Shown here: positions 1-10,000 of the stretch, piece by piece
How the letters are laid out: each line of letters begins with the position of its first letter
Numbering within the stretch: the stretch's first letter is position 1
Origin: Nitrosopumilus sp.
Lineage (GTDB): Archaea; Thermoproteota; Nitrososphaeria; Nitrososphaerales; Nitrosopumilaceae
Direction of reading: 5' to 3'
Assembly (NCBI GenBank): GCA_965204345.1
Contig: OZ241981.1
Span: forward strand, 576,001-640,000
DNA: 64,000 nt
Notes under the pieces: model-generated
What the model saw: only the letters and a program-made list of their open reading frames with translations
Databases searched by the model: none
Told to the model about the DNA's origin: nothing
Program-made: the position numbers and the translations under genes

Positions 1-515
1 CGGTGCCAGGCAAAGGAAACTTTCAATCAGATGTAATGTTTGTAGGAGAGGCACCGGGTGAAAACGAAGATCAGAAGGGAGAACCGTTCATAGGGATTGC
101 AGGCAAAAAACTATCAGCGGCATTAGAGGGTGCAGAAATCACAAGAGACGACGTATATATTACAAATATTGTAAAATGCAGGCCTCCAAAAAACAGAGTT
201 CCAAACACGGCTGAGAGAAGCACGTGTCAAGAGTATCTAAAGCAAGAGATACAGATAATCAAGCCAAAAATAATATGTATCCTGGGAAATACGGCATTTA
301 ATTCGCTATTAGGAGGCTCAGAGATTACAAAACACCGAGGAAAGCTGGTACGAAAGGATGGCCAACTGTACTTCTTGACAGTGCATCCGGCCGCTACAAT
401 ATACAACCAGGAATTGATCAAGGTGCTGCAAAAGGACATCATAAAATTATTTGATCTAGCAGCAGAGTTAAAAGATAATAAAAAAATTCAAGTAGATATT
501 GACTATACTTCCTAG
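1..515 (+). CDS. udg: Uracil-DNA glycosylase, family 4 (Fe-S type); 5' end probably lies before the window
   Basis: Motifs VGEAPG, GEPFIG, TNIVKCRPPKNR and HPAA typical of family-4 UDG; ORF runs from the window edge. Confidence 0.93.
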   Translation, partial: VPGKGNFQSDVMFVGEAPGENEDQKGEPFIGIAGKKLSAALEGAEITRDDVYITNIVKCRPPKNRVPNTAERSTCQEYLKQEIQIIKPKIICILGNTAFNSLLGGSEITKHRGKLVRKDGQLYFLTVHPAATIYNQELIKVLQKDIIKLFDLAAELKDNKKIQVDIDYTS

Positions 516-1050
516 AGAATTTTATTCAAAAGACACAGTTATCGTTGCAAGAAATCTGTTGGGAAAGAAGATCATTAGAAGGATGGGCAAGCACACAATA
601 TCAGGAATAATTACAGAGACTGAGGCCTACCGGCACAAGGACGATCCGGCAAGCCACGCATTTAGAAGAATTACAGAGAGAAACAGGGTGATGTTTGGAA
701 ATGTCGGAATTTCATACGTGTATTTTACTTATGGAATGCACTTTTGCTTCAACATAGTGGCAAGGGATTCAAAGAATTTGGCAGGAGCCGTGCTAATCCG
801 CTCAATTATTCCAGAAAAGGGAATCAAAATTATGCAGAAAAATAGGGGCATCCCACACTTGAAGAATCTTACGGATGGTCCGGCAAAACTTGCACAGGCA
901 TTGTCAATAACGAAAAAACAGCACGGGGTAGACGTGACAAAGAGATCAGAAGTATGCATCACCGAAGGAATAAGGGCAAAAAAGATTACGGCATCCCCAA
1001 GAGTAGGAATTAAAAAGGCAACTGACAGGCTATGGAATTTTAAAATCTAA
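499..1050 (+). CDS. mpg: 3-methyladenine DNA glycosylase (MPG/AAG family)
   Basis: ARNLLGK, ITETEAY, DPASHAF, YVYFTYGMHFCFN, GAVLIR, GPAKL, PRVGI motifs; TTG start overlapping the udg end. Confidence 0.93.
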   Translation: MTILPREFYSKDTVIVARNLLGKKIIRRMGKHTISGIITETEAYRHKDDPASHAFRRITERNRVMFGNVGISYVYFTYGMHFCFNIVARDSKNLAGAVLIRSIIPEKGIKIMQKNRGIPHLKNLTDGPAKLAQALSITKKQHGVDVTKRSEVCITEGIRAKKITASPRVGIKKATDRLWNFKI

Positions 1051-1679
1051 TCCTTGTTATTCTCATCCAAAGTCCATGGTGCAAACTTGCCAAGGATTCT
1101 TACCCAGTCCAACCTCAGCAACAGTACAACAACAGTCGTCATCATTGCTCCAAAGACAATCATTCCTATGTAAATAGGGGTTGCATTATCAATATTTTCA
1201 AGAAATGGCTCAACTAAGGACAGCCCAAGATAATGGGAAATAAACACAATAGAATAGCTTAGGACAATCTTTCCAGTAAAGGTTGCAATAAAAAATCTTT
1301 TGGGATTGTATTTTGCCAATCCCAACGGAACATAAACTAAGTCATCAGGAACAGGGGTTGCTGCTGCAAAAAATGCCGCAGTTGCACCGTATTTTTTAAC
1401 TAGTCTCTCAAAAGGGCGCATTCTCTTTCGGGTTTTTTCATTAATAATTTTTCTTCCACCATAACTAAGGTAGAAAATAATCTGTTTGGCAGCAGTAGAG
1501 GTTACTGCAAAAAGCAATGCCAAAACATGAAGATCAAACTGATCACCTACGGACATTGTTGCAAGAAGCAAAAACCCGGGCAGGGGGACAAACGGCACAA
1601 GGGAGCCAAAAAAGTTAACAAGAGTCAGACTGAGATAGCCTACCTCTGGTGCAAACGGGAAGAGATCAACAAAATCCAC
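1047..1679 (-). CDS. VTT/DedA (SNARE-associated) membrane protein
   Basis: Multiple hydrophobic segments; FVPLPG and ATPVPDDLVYVPLGL..FFIATFTGK motifs. Confidence 0.8.
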   Translation of the reverse strand: MDFVDLFPFAPEVGYLSLTLVNFFGSLVPFVPLPGFLLLATMSVGDQFDLHVLALLFAVTSTAAKQIIFYLSYGGRKIINEKTRKRMRPFERLVKKYGATAAFFAAATPVPDDLVYVPLGLAKYNPKRFFIATFTGKIVLSYSIVFISHYLGLSLVEPFLENIDNATPIYIGMIVFGAMMTTVVVLLLRLDWVRILGKFAPWTLDENNKD

Positions 1680-1768
1680 AAATCAAACTGTTTTTACGCT
1701 TTATTTAATGAAATCTAGAAGTCCAGCTTACAATTCATTAAAATATCATCTATTCTGAACTCTATTAA

Positions 1769-2143
1769 ATGGCAAAAAAGGATTATGAAAAAATATGTGA
1801 GAATATTGCAACAATAAGCCCATTTATCCGATTTGTAGGCGTAATAGGCAAAAGTGGAAACCTGCAGGCATACAAAAGAAGACCGGATCTAGTTCCGCTT
1901 TTAAATGAGAAAAATACACAGTACCAGTTCTCACATATTGCCATAAAGACGGATTTGGAAGGATTTTTTGATAAAAATCTTGGGGAAATTGAATTTGTGT
2001 GGGAAGAGAGGAAGAAGGTGCAGACCATTTCTTTTGCCATCAAAAAATCAAGAGTGTGGATATCAATAGATAAAAAAGTAATCAGATCTGAGATGCTAAG
2101 AATTATAGATGCATGTCTGCCAATTGTAAAAAAATACTCTTAA
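1769..2143 (+). CDS. Small roadblock/profilin-like thaumarchaeal protein (DUF6659-like)
   Basis: 124 aa; YEKICENI..IRFVGVIGKSG..LGEIEF pattern of this thaumarchaeal family, recognised by eye. Confidence 0.55.
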   Translation: MAKKDYEKICENIATISPFIRFVGVIGKSGNLQAYKRRPDLVPLLNEKNTQYQFSHIAIKTDLEGFFDKNLGEIEFVWEERKKVQTISFAIKKSRVWISIDKKVIRSEMLRIIDACLPIVKKYS

Positions 2144-2144
2144 T

Positions 2145-2163
2145 ACGCAGGGTTCCCTGCCGT
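2145..2163 (+). terminator. GC-rich inverted repeat directly after the stop codon
   Basis: ac-GCAGGG-tt-CCCTGC-cgt immediately downstream of TAA at 2143; no U-tract follows. Confidence 0.25.
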
Positions 2164-2563
2164 GAAACCAGTTTGAATTAATCAGACAGGACATTATATT
2201 AAGGCACGTTTAGAAGATAAAAGAGAGACATAGAACTGGCTTTTCTAAGCAGGCATCATAAAAAATATGAAACACACAGATGAAATTCAAAAATTAGCAG
2301 ATAAAAATATTCTTAGAAGAGCAGATGAATAAAAATCATCAGATGAGCGCAGAGCAGACAAGTAGTGAATCAAGAGACATGGCAAAATTTGGGCAGGAAT
2401 CATTTTTAAAAAAAATCATCAAACTTGGAAAATCATAAAAAAGTCAGGTTTGATTCAAATGCGAATATGATTTGTAAAAATACGGCAGAAAGAAAGACTG
2501 TACAGGTGCAAGGGATTTATTTTTAAAAAAAATTGACAATGAATTAGTTAATTGAAGATAAGA

Positions 2564-3505
2564 TTATTTTTCATCCTCATATAGCCAGCATCTAACATAG
2601 CCAGTGTCAGTTTTAAATTTAGGAGGCAATTCTTTGCATTTTTCAATTGCCAAAGGACACCGTTCAATAAACCTGCACTGTGTTGGAGCATCAAGCAGGC
2701 TGGGAGGAACGCCCGGAATATATTTTGGGGCATTGCCCTTCAAAGTGGGAATTGACTCCAAAAGGCCCTGAGTGTAGGGATGTTTTGGGTTTTTGTATAT
2801 TTGTTCTGAGGAACCAAACTCTACCATCTCTCCCCCATACATTATGCCGACTTTATCGGCAATTTCTGAAAGCACAGCCAAATCGTGCGTAATTAGCATA
2901 AAAGACATGCCATCTTTTTTCAGGGATTTGAGTAAGCTGACAATCTGAGCTTGAATCAAGACATCTAATGCAGTGGTAGGCTCATCTGCGATGACAAACT
3001 TTGGTTTTAACAGCAATGCCATTGCAATTATTACTCTTTGCTTCATGCCGCCGCTTAGCTCATGGGGGTATTTTTTCAAGACGGCATCATCAAGTGAGAC
3101 AGAGCGTATTGCATCTGAAATCAGCTTTTTGGAATTATTGTCACAGTTATGCTGCTTTAAAATTTCAAGAAACTGCTCGTTGATGGTAAATACGGGATCA
3201 AGGGAATTCATGGCGCCTTGAAATATCATTGAGATTTTTTTCCATCTAAATTCATTATCAAACTCAGATTCATCTACATCCAAGAGTGAGGTGCCATCAA
3301 AGATGATCCTGCCTTTGGTGTCACTACTGCCTGAAAGCATCCGGATAAGGGAGAGCCCAAGGGTACTTTTTCCACATGCACTCTCGCCTGCAATGCCTAT
3401 TGATTCACCAGCATCTAGTTGAAAATCAACATCATCAACAGCATAAACAGGGCCTTTTGATGAGGAATATCTAGAGGATAGTCCATCTACACTTAGAAAT
3501 GCCAT
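2564..3505 (-). CDS. Oligopeptide/dipeptide ABC transporter ATP-binding subunit (OppD/DppD family)
   Basis: Walker A GESACGKS, LSGGMKQR signature, DEPTTALD, ITHDL, HPYT and C-terminal CRFIERC..C..CWLY domain. Confidence 0.92.
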   Translation of the reverse strand: MAFLSVDGLSSRYSSSKGPVYAVDDVDFQLDAGESIGIAGESACGKSTLGLSLIRMLSGSSDTKGRIIFDGTSLLDVDESEFDNEFRWKKISMIFQGAMNSLDPVFTINEQFLEILKQHNCDNNSKKLISDAIRSVSLDDAVLKKYPHELSGGMKQRVIIAMALLLKPKFVIADEPTTALDVLIQAQIVSLLKSLKKDGMSFMLITHDLAVLSEIADKVGIMYGGEMVEFGSSEQIYKNPKHPYTQGLLESIPTLKGNAPKYIPGVPPSLLDAPTQCRFIERCPLAIEKCKELPPKFKTDTGYVRCWLYEDEK

Positions 3506-3587
3506 GATTCCTTTAGGTTCAAACTAGAATTTTTGTTTTGCATCAAGGGATATAAACAAGATTGTAGGAATGAAAAAGTCGATTTAA

Positions 3588-4100
3588 ATGAAACTACCAA
3601 TTTGCGGCTTTGATGCAAAAAATTCGGTGCTATGTCCTCAGTGTGAGAGCAAAGTAGAGTCAGGCATACTAACAAAGGCAGATGTTGAGGCATCAATGAG
3701 TATTGCAAACATTGCAAAATCAAACAAAGAGATTGATGATTTTACGCTATACTCATGCAGGGAATTTGAGGGAAATTTTGTTTTATCCTTGGCAAAAAAT
3801 GACATTATGACAATCAGGCAGAGTCGGACGCTATATCGCATATTGCAAGAGCAGTTCAAGGGCAAAATTTGGCTGGTAGAAGCAGATGAAACCGACAAAA
3901 GATTCATCGAGGACTTGTTTTTTCCAACCAGGATTTTATCAATTAATGCAGTGTGGGCATCAGGAGGCATCCAAAAGACAAAGGCAGTTATTACAGGCAA
4001 ATGGACCCCAAAATTTCCAATTGACACAGAGAAAGTGGTGCAAATAGTCAGAAATGTCCGAAACCTTGACATTGAAATAGAGTTTGAGGATAAAAGATAG
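3588..4100 (+). CDS. Archaeal NusA-like protein with N-terminal Zn-binding motif
   Basis: MKLPICGFDAK..LCPQC N-terminus followed by KH-like segment; directly upstream of aspS. Confidence 0.6.
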   Translation: MKLPICGFDAKNSVLCPQCESKVESGILTKADVEASMSIANIAKSNKEIDDFTLYSCREFEGNFVLSLAKNDIMTIRQSRTLYRILQEQFKGKIWLVEADETDKRFIEDLFFPTRILSINAVWASGGIQKTKAVITGKWTPKFPIDTEKVVQIVRNVRNLDIEIEFEDKR

Positions 4101-4102
4101 AG

Positions 4103-5389
4103 ATGAGATTTGTAAAATCCCATGATATTTCAGGACTAAATGGGGAGTTAATTGGAAAACAGGTCGTTTTGGGCGGATGGATTGAAGACCTGCGAAAACT
4201 AGGAAAGATGTCATTTATCACGCTGCGTGACGTAACAGGAATTTCTCAGGTCATAGTAAAGGGGGAACTAAATGACAGCTTGGGGGATATTAATCGCCAA
4301 AGTGCCGTCATCATCAAAGGCATTGTTCAGCAAACAAAAGCCCGGGATTTTGCATTTGAAGTCAAGGCAGAAGAAATCATAGTTTTAGGCAAAGCAATCC
4401 ATCCACTGCCAGTAGACCCAATTGGAAGAGTTGAGAGCAATATCGATACAAGGCTAAATCACCGTGCGCTAGACATGAGAAACCAGAAAACGGCATCAAT
4501 CTTCAAGCTGCGCCATCATGCATTACAGTCATTAAGAAAGACATTGTCAGATAAAAAATTCCTAGAGATAACAACGCCAAAAATTATCGGCAGTGCAAGC
4601 GAAGGGGGGGCAGACCTGTTTTCATTAGAATATTTTGGAAAAACAGCGTATCTTGCTCAGAGTCCGCAGCTATACAAGGAACAGATGACGATAGGATTAG
4701 AAAGAGTGTTTGAGATTTCAAACTTTTACAGGGCCGAAAATTCCCACACGGGAAGGCACTTGACAGAGTTTACCAGCATAGACATAGAGGCAGCATTCAT
4801 GGATTATGAGGACGTCATGAATGTTTTGGAGCTTCTAATAGTTGCACTTTACAAGGATATTTCAGAGAACTGCAAGAAAGAACTAGAGTCAGTTGGACAT
4901 ACAGTCAAAGTTCCAAACACGCCGTTTGAGAGAATAACATACACCCAGTGTGTTGAGGAACTAAAAAAAGAGGGTGAAAAAATTGAATTTGGGGAGGACC
5001 TGCTTGATTCGCACCTCAGAATCATAGGAAAGAACCATCCAGGATTTTACTTTTTGACGGACTGGCCAATGAAGCTAAAACCATTTTACATCAGAGAAAA
5101 AGACGAGGATGCAACACTTTCTCGTTCGTTTGATTTGCAGTATGGGTTCTTGGAGCTGTCATCTGGGGGAACCAGACTTCACAATCCAGAAACGCTCAAA
5201 AAAAGACTAGAAGAACAGGGACTGGATCCCGCACAATTTGCAGACCACCTAAAGACATTTGATTGGGGAATGCCGCCACATTCTGGATGGGGGATGGGAT
5301 TAGATAGGCTGATGACTGCATTGATTGGGATTGATAACGTACGTGAAGTCGTACTATACCCAAGAGACCCAGACAGGCTAAGCCCATAG
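4103..5389 (+). CDS. aspS: Aspartate--tRNA ligase (archaeal type)
   Basis: OB-fold GW..LR.LG, LAQSPQLYKE, FYRAE..HTGRHLTEF, GMPPHSGWGMGLDR, YPRD motifs. Confidence 0.96.
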   Translation: MRFVKSHDISGLNGELIGKQVVLGGWIEDLRKLGKMSFITLRDVTGISQVIVKGELNDSLGDINRQSAVIIKGIVQQTKARDFAFEVKAEEIIVLGKAIHPLPVDPIGRVESNIDTRLNHRALDMRNQKTASIFKLRHHALQSLRKTLSDKKFLEITTPKIIGSASEGGADLFSLEYFGKTAYLAQSPQLYKEQMTIGLERVFEISNFYRAENSHTGRHLTEFTSIDIEAAFMDYEDVMNVLELLIVALYKDISENCKKELESVGHTVKVPNTPFERITYTQCVEELKKEGEKIEFGEDLLDSHLRIIGKNHPGFYFLTDWPMKLKPFYIREKDEDATLSRSFDLQYGFLELSSGGTRLHNPETLKKRLEEQGLDPAQFADHLKTFDWGMPPHSGWGMGLDRLMTALIGIDNVREVVLYPRDPDRLSP

Positions 5390-5399
5390 GAGCAAAAGA

Positions 5400-5567
5400 A
5401 TGACATTATTCTGCAAGCAGTGCAACGGGAGAAGGCTTCCAATAGTACACGCAAAAGAGAAGGCACCACTGTGGCTATGTGAGAGGTGTGGGAATTTCGC
5501 AGACGGGGAAGACATTATTATTCGGGAATTGACAAAAGAAGAAAAAGATGAGATGAAGGCAAAATAA
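5400..5567 (+). CDS. Small zinc-ribbon protein (55 aa, not in the ORF track)
   Basis: ATG 10 nt after the aspS stop; MTLFCKQCNGRRLPIVHAKEKAPLWLCERCGNFADGEDIIIRELTKEEKDEMKAK* contains two CxxC pairs. Confidence 0.7.
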   Translation: MTLFCKQCNGRRLPIVHAKEKAPLWLCERCGNFADGEDIIIRELTKEEKDEMKAK

Positions 5568-5676
5568 AAGATTTTCATAGAAACACAATTGCTAAATTAA
5601 GAGAGGATCGGGCAGGCAAATGATGTTAGTTGATTTGTCTGCTCAAATTTTTATTGTATTAGGAGTGAATTAGGGC

Positions 5677-5931
5677 ATGATCGGGCAAGACGATGCAAAA
5701 AAGGTAGTAGAGGTAATAGGAAATAATTTGATAGGTGTCTCTCATGATTCAAACAGCTTTGCAAAATTGCCTGATTCGTTTTGGGGGTATTTTGCAAGGG
5801 GGCATGACAAAAAGGGGACATTTGGGGTAATAGTCACATATTCTGAAGAAGGAAAGGACGTTGATGAGCTAATTAAGATGTATGAACAGTGGGCTGCAAA
5901 AAATAAAACAGGATCAGAGGAGCCTACTTAG
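5677..5931 (+). CDS. Hypothetical protein (84 aa)
   Basis: Clean ATG ORF with protein-like composition and an upstream TTTATT box. Confidence 0.7.
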   Translation: MIGQDDAKKVVEVIGNNLIGVSHDSNSFAKLPDSFWGYFARGHDKKGTFGVIVTYSEEGKDVDELIKMYEQWAAKNKTGSEEPT

Positions 5932-6055
5932 TTTCTTTGAGTAGTTTGCGATAGCCTGCACATTCCTTACAAATGGGTTTTCCTTTATATGCAGGATTGC
6001 CATCAGAAATTTTTAAGGTTCCAGGAGCATTCTTGCAAATACAACAATCAGCCAT
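5924..6055 (-). CDS. Small Cys-rich zinc-finger protein (43 aa, not in the ORF track)
   Basis: MADCCICKNAPGTLKISDGNPAYKGKPICKECAGYRKLLKETK*; two CxxC motifs; TTTATTA box ~22-28 nt upstream. Confidence 0.7.
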   Translation of the reverse strand: MADCCICKNAPGTLKISDGNPAYKGKPICKECAGYRKLLKETK

Positions 6056-6235
6056 ACAATTGAGTAAAGATTGCAACTAATAAAAATTGATTTTGATGGT
6101 TCTGTCGGGTTAACGGGATCTAGGTTGAATTTTCCTTGTGTAAAATAGCATTTTGGATTCTGTTGCGTTTATGAGAAATATACACGAATCTGCTTGATCG
6201 CACCAGTTTTAATCAAAGACCTGCAAATGGACTGG

Positions 6236-6258
6236 TAAATTCCAGCGATCAGATCATC
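6236..6258 (+). repeat. 23-bp perfect direct repeat, left copy
   Basis: TAAATTCCAGCGATCAGATCATC, identical to 24631-24653. Confidence 0.9.
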
Positions 6259-6334
6259 GGAGTTTGCCAGACCCGCAAAGACAACTGATGCCATGATGAT
6301 AATAATGATCAGATTGCCAATCTTCCTTAAATAA

Positions 6335-6637
6335 TTACAAGTCAGAGATCAGTCCAGAAAGAAACATGTGAAATTCCTCGTCATTAAAAGTAATTGTTTC
6401 AAATTTATTTTCACTCCTAGCTAGCTGTGCAGACTCCAAGTGATAGCAGGCAGTTTTGCCATGTAGCTTGCCAAAATAAAATCCAGGACAGGAACAATAG
6501 CGGGCGCCAGGATCAATCCAGTGCTCCCTGCTTTTTCCAACCACTGTCCAAATCTTTGTCTGACTGGGCTCAAAAACATGTAATTTTACACGTTTTTGAG
6601 AGACAAATGATCGGATTCGTTCCAGGTCTTTGTCCAT
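6335..6637 (-). CDS. SWIM zinc-finger protein
   Basis: YCSCPGF...ACYHL fits the SWIM CxCx(n)CxH motif. Confidence 0.8.
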   Translation of the reverse strand: MDKDLERIRSFVSQKRVKLHVFEPSQTKIWTVVGKSREHWIDPGARYCSCPGFYFGKLHGKTACYHLESAQLARSENKFETITFNDEEFHMFLSGLISDL

Positions 6638-7053
6638 ATGTGTTAACAGATACCCATAGTATAACTATGATGTCACAAAAAGGACAAACCCATCAGAATC
6701 AGCCTTAATTAGATGATATGAAAAAATATAGTCTTGCAGTTACTTATATCCACATAGTATTTGAGGGTAACACGATATCAAACGGGATTTTCGCAGGTAA
6801 AAATTCAAGTACAAATGAATCAGTCAAAGAATTAACAAGGACACTGGTAATTAAAAAAAAAGGCCAGATTATGCAATTTTGTGAGACAGTGAGAGGACCG
6901 TTGTTTCCAATGCAGGAATAACTAAAGCTTGTTTGGGTTGTGGTACTTTTATTTTCAAACTTTTGGATTGCCAAAGGATGCAGATAAAAGATGTTGCAGA
7001 CAGGAATGATAAACTAGGAGAAAACAACTTTGCAGTCTAATAAATCAAAAGTA

Positions 7054-7073
7054 CCTGTAAAATAGCAAAGAAT
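7054..7073 (-). terminator. Conserved U-rich 3' element downstream of giant gene 1
   Basis: Minus strand ATTCTTTGCTATTTTACAGG; the same 20-mer occurs downstream of giant gene 2 (34076-34095). Confidence 0.45.
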
Positions 7074-7083
7074 TAGAAAGAGT

Positions 7084-10000
7084 CTAGCCCAACGGAATCT
7101 CTACTGTCTGTGTCAGTATTCCCTGCTCAACGCCGTTGGTGCTAACGCTGATTGCGTTGCCGCCCTGCTGGATGCCCCTCAAGGAGTTGACCTGCTCATC
7201 AGTGTGCGTGAACTGTACAAAGACGTTCAGATCATCATTGCTGTCTTCCCTGCCATGTCTGTCTGGGAATGCTATGGTAGTTACGGTTTGTCCTGAGATT
7301 CCAAGTTCCTTTTCTGCAAACACGTCAGGTACTGACTGCAACACCATGTATTGCGTTAGTGTCTCACCGGTATCCTCGTTTGTAAACTCAATGTTGGTAT
7401 TTAGGAATTCTTTGAGCACGTCTGGCAGGTCAACCTGCGTTGATATGTCGTTGATTTTCATGCCTGATTTTTGAGATACTGTCACTGCATCCTCAGATGC
7501 AATTGCAATTTCAGCAGAGGTTGGAACTATAGTCCTGCTTCCATCTCCTGCAACAATCTCAATTGTGTCACCGCCCAAGAGAACGCCTCTCATGGAGTTG
7601 ACCATATCATCAGAGGATGATATCTGCAAGAAGAGGTTTGCATTGTTGTTGCTCTCCTCAGAACCGGGTCTGTCAGTTAGTGCAACGGTGGTAACTGTCT
7701 GTCCGCTGATTCCTAGGACGGTTTCGGCATACTTGTCAGGGTTGGATTGCAGTGTCTGGAAATCAGTGAGTCTCATGCCAGTGTTATCATTTGTAATATC
7801 AGTAAAGTCAGCAAGGAACTCGCGGACTAGTTGGGGTGTCTGTACCGGGGCCAGTCCAGGTATCGGTACTGCTGGGAGATCAGTCATGGTGTCAGTTGGC
7901 AAATCTGCTCTAGAAGAGGGCTGGTCAGGTGTTACAACTGCACTGCCACCGGTAATAACAGGTGAGGATGACTCGTATGTGTTTACAGATACAGAGCCCG
8001 AACATTCGGTGATGTTAAGTGACTTTGAATCAGTGGATATTCCTCTTGATGCAATATTTTCTACCTGTACGTGTACAAACGACTCGTTTGGTGAGAGGTT
8101 TGCATCAAATGAAATTCTTCCAGGATAGGACTGCTCATCAGAGCGTTCTGCCGTGATTACACCTGCATAGGTTCTAAGCTTTACAGACAGATTGTCAGTT
8201 ACAGGACCAGCTATTACGTTGATTGTGTTTGCCTCACAGACATCCCATTGTACATCATACAAAACAGCAGCAGAGGCACCATTTGCAACAGATGAGCCGC
8301 TAGATGGAAGGGAAGCGCCACCGCCACCGCCACCGCCACCGCCACCGCCACCGCCGCCACCGCTGCGGCTACTAGAAGGTGTGGATGGTGTAGGTTCGAC
8401 AGGAACCGTAGAGAATGAGCCAAATGAGCTAAAGTGCGTGGTCCAGATGATCATATCAGAGCCGTCACGAACAAAACAGGATTCCAACGCAGTGCCAGCT
8501 TCAAGATTAGTATTGGCAGTAGTCTGATTGACAGGAACAAATGGACATACAACTAGTGATCGTGAATCTACAACGCCATCAGCAACTTCTTCTGAGAAGA
8601 AGGCACCCTCATAGCTTGCCTGGCCAGGCAAGAGTAGTCTGACTGCCTGATCAAATGTTAATCTAGTGTTATCATCACCGACTGAGAATGCCAGGCCTAT
8701 CTCATCATTTGGAGTTGGAGGAGTAGCAGTACCAGTAGAAAGAGATGGAACTGCGATACGGCCAGTCCAGTCACCAGATGAATCGCTTACAACCACATTA
8801 GCCGGATAAGTGACAGTTACTGTTTGAGAATCAGAGAGTGTAGAATTAACGACAGTAACAGAATCAGAAATTGTCACACTCTTTGGTACGGTTGGATTGG
8901 CAGTACCAAATGTTGGAGCGTCATTAAAGTCAAGCAGCTGGCCATCAGTAGTGAAAATCGTTTCAGGCAATGTGTCATGTACTACGTTGAGGGTGATCAA
9001 ATTTGAAGATGCCAGATATGTCCTTACAACATCACTGCCAAGCGGGATATTATCTTCAATGGTATCTCCGGTAGTGTTGATTGTAACTGTAACTGGGGCA
9101 GATGCGGTGTTGAGGTTGCCTGCAAGGTCTGTTGCCACGTCTGCTGCTATTGATACAACTATTGTTCCGTCTGTAGAGCCGCGAGCCACATTAAAGGTGT
9201 AGACACTGCCATCACCACCAATGTTGGATGCTACTGGATTGCCGCTGTTTGCAGTGCCTGTTACTGTAATGTCACCTAGCTCAAAGTTCTGGACATCCTC
9301 ACTGAATGTTGCCGTAAACGTTACTTGGTCATCACTGGTGGTAGTGATGCCATCAGCAGGTGTAATGGATACGGATGGCCTCACCATGTCCACTGTAATA
9401 ATATGTACAGCATCTGTGTTGCCATCTGTTACCACATCGTCAGGTATGGTTACTGTTAGCTCACCACCTGTGGTGATGCCGTGTGTTACTGTAAAGGCAT
9501 AGTCAGCACCGCTTCCACTAAATGCAGATATCAGGCTGCCAGGTGTATCAGAAGGAACTCCGTCAATTGCCACAGTGATGTCAGATTCTACAAATTCTGT
9601 GACATCCTCGCTAAAGGTTGCAGTAAATGAGATGGTATCAGAGTTTGTAGGATCAGCAGCATTTGTGCTCAGGGATACGTATGGGACAGTGGTATCTATG
9701 GTGACAGTGACTGGTACAGATGCGGTATTAGAGTTGCCTGCAAGATCTGCTGCTACGTCTGCTGCAATGGATGGAATTATAGTTCCGTCTGAGGTTCCGC
9801 GAGCAACATCAAAGGTGTATGTGCGAGCATCAACTGGTACAAAGTTGGATGCTACAGGATTGGTGCCGTTTGCTGTGCCTGTTACTGTAATGTCTCCTAG
9901 TTCAAAGTTCTGAACATCCTTGCTAAATGTTACTGTAAATGGTACCGTATCAAGTCCGGTGCTGCTGCCAATAGATGAACTGACAGAGACAGTTGGGGCA

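Noticed and set aside
2180-2560. Short plus-strand ORFs (e.g. a 37-aa MNKNHQMSAEQ.. frame) in an AT-rich gap
   Set aside because: No recognisable motif; cannot be distinguished from noise.
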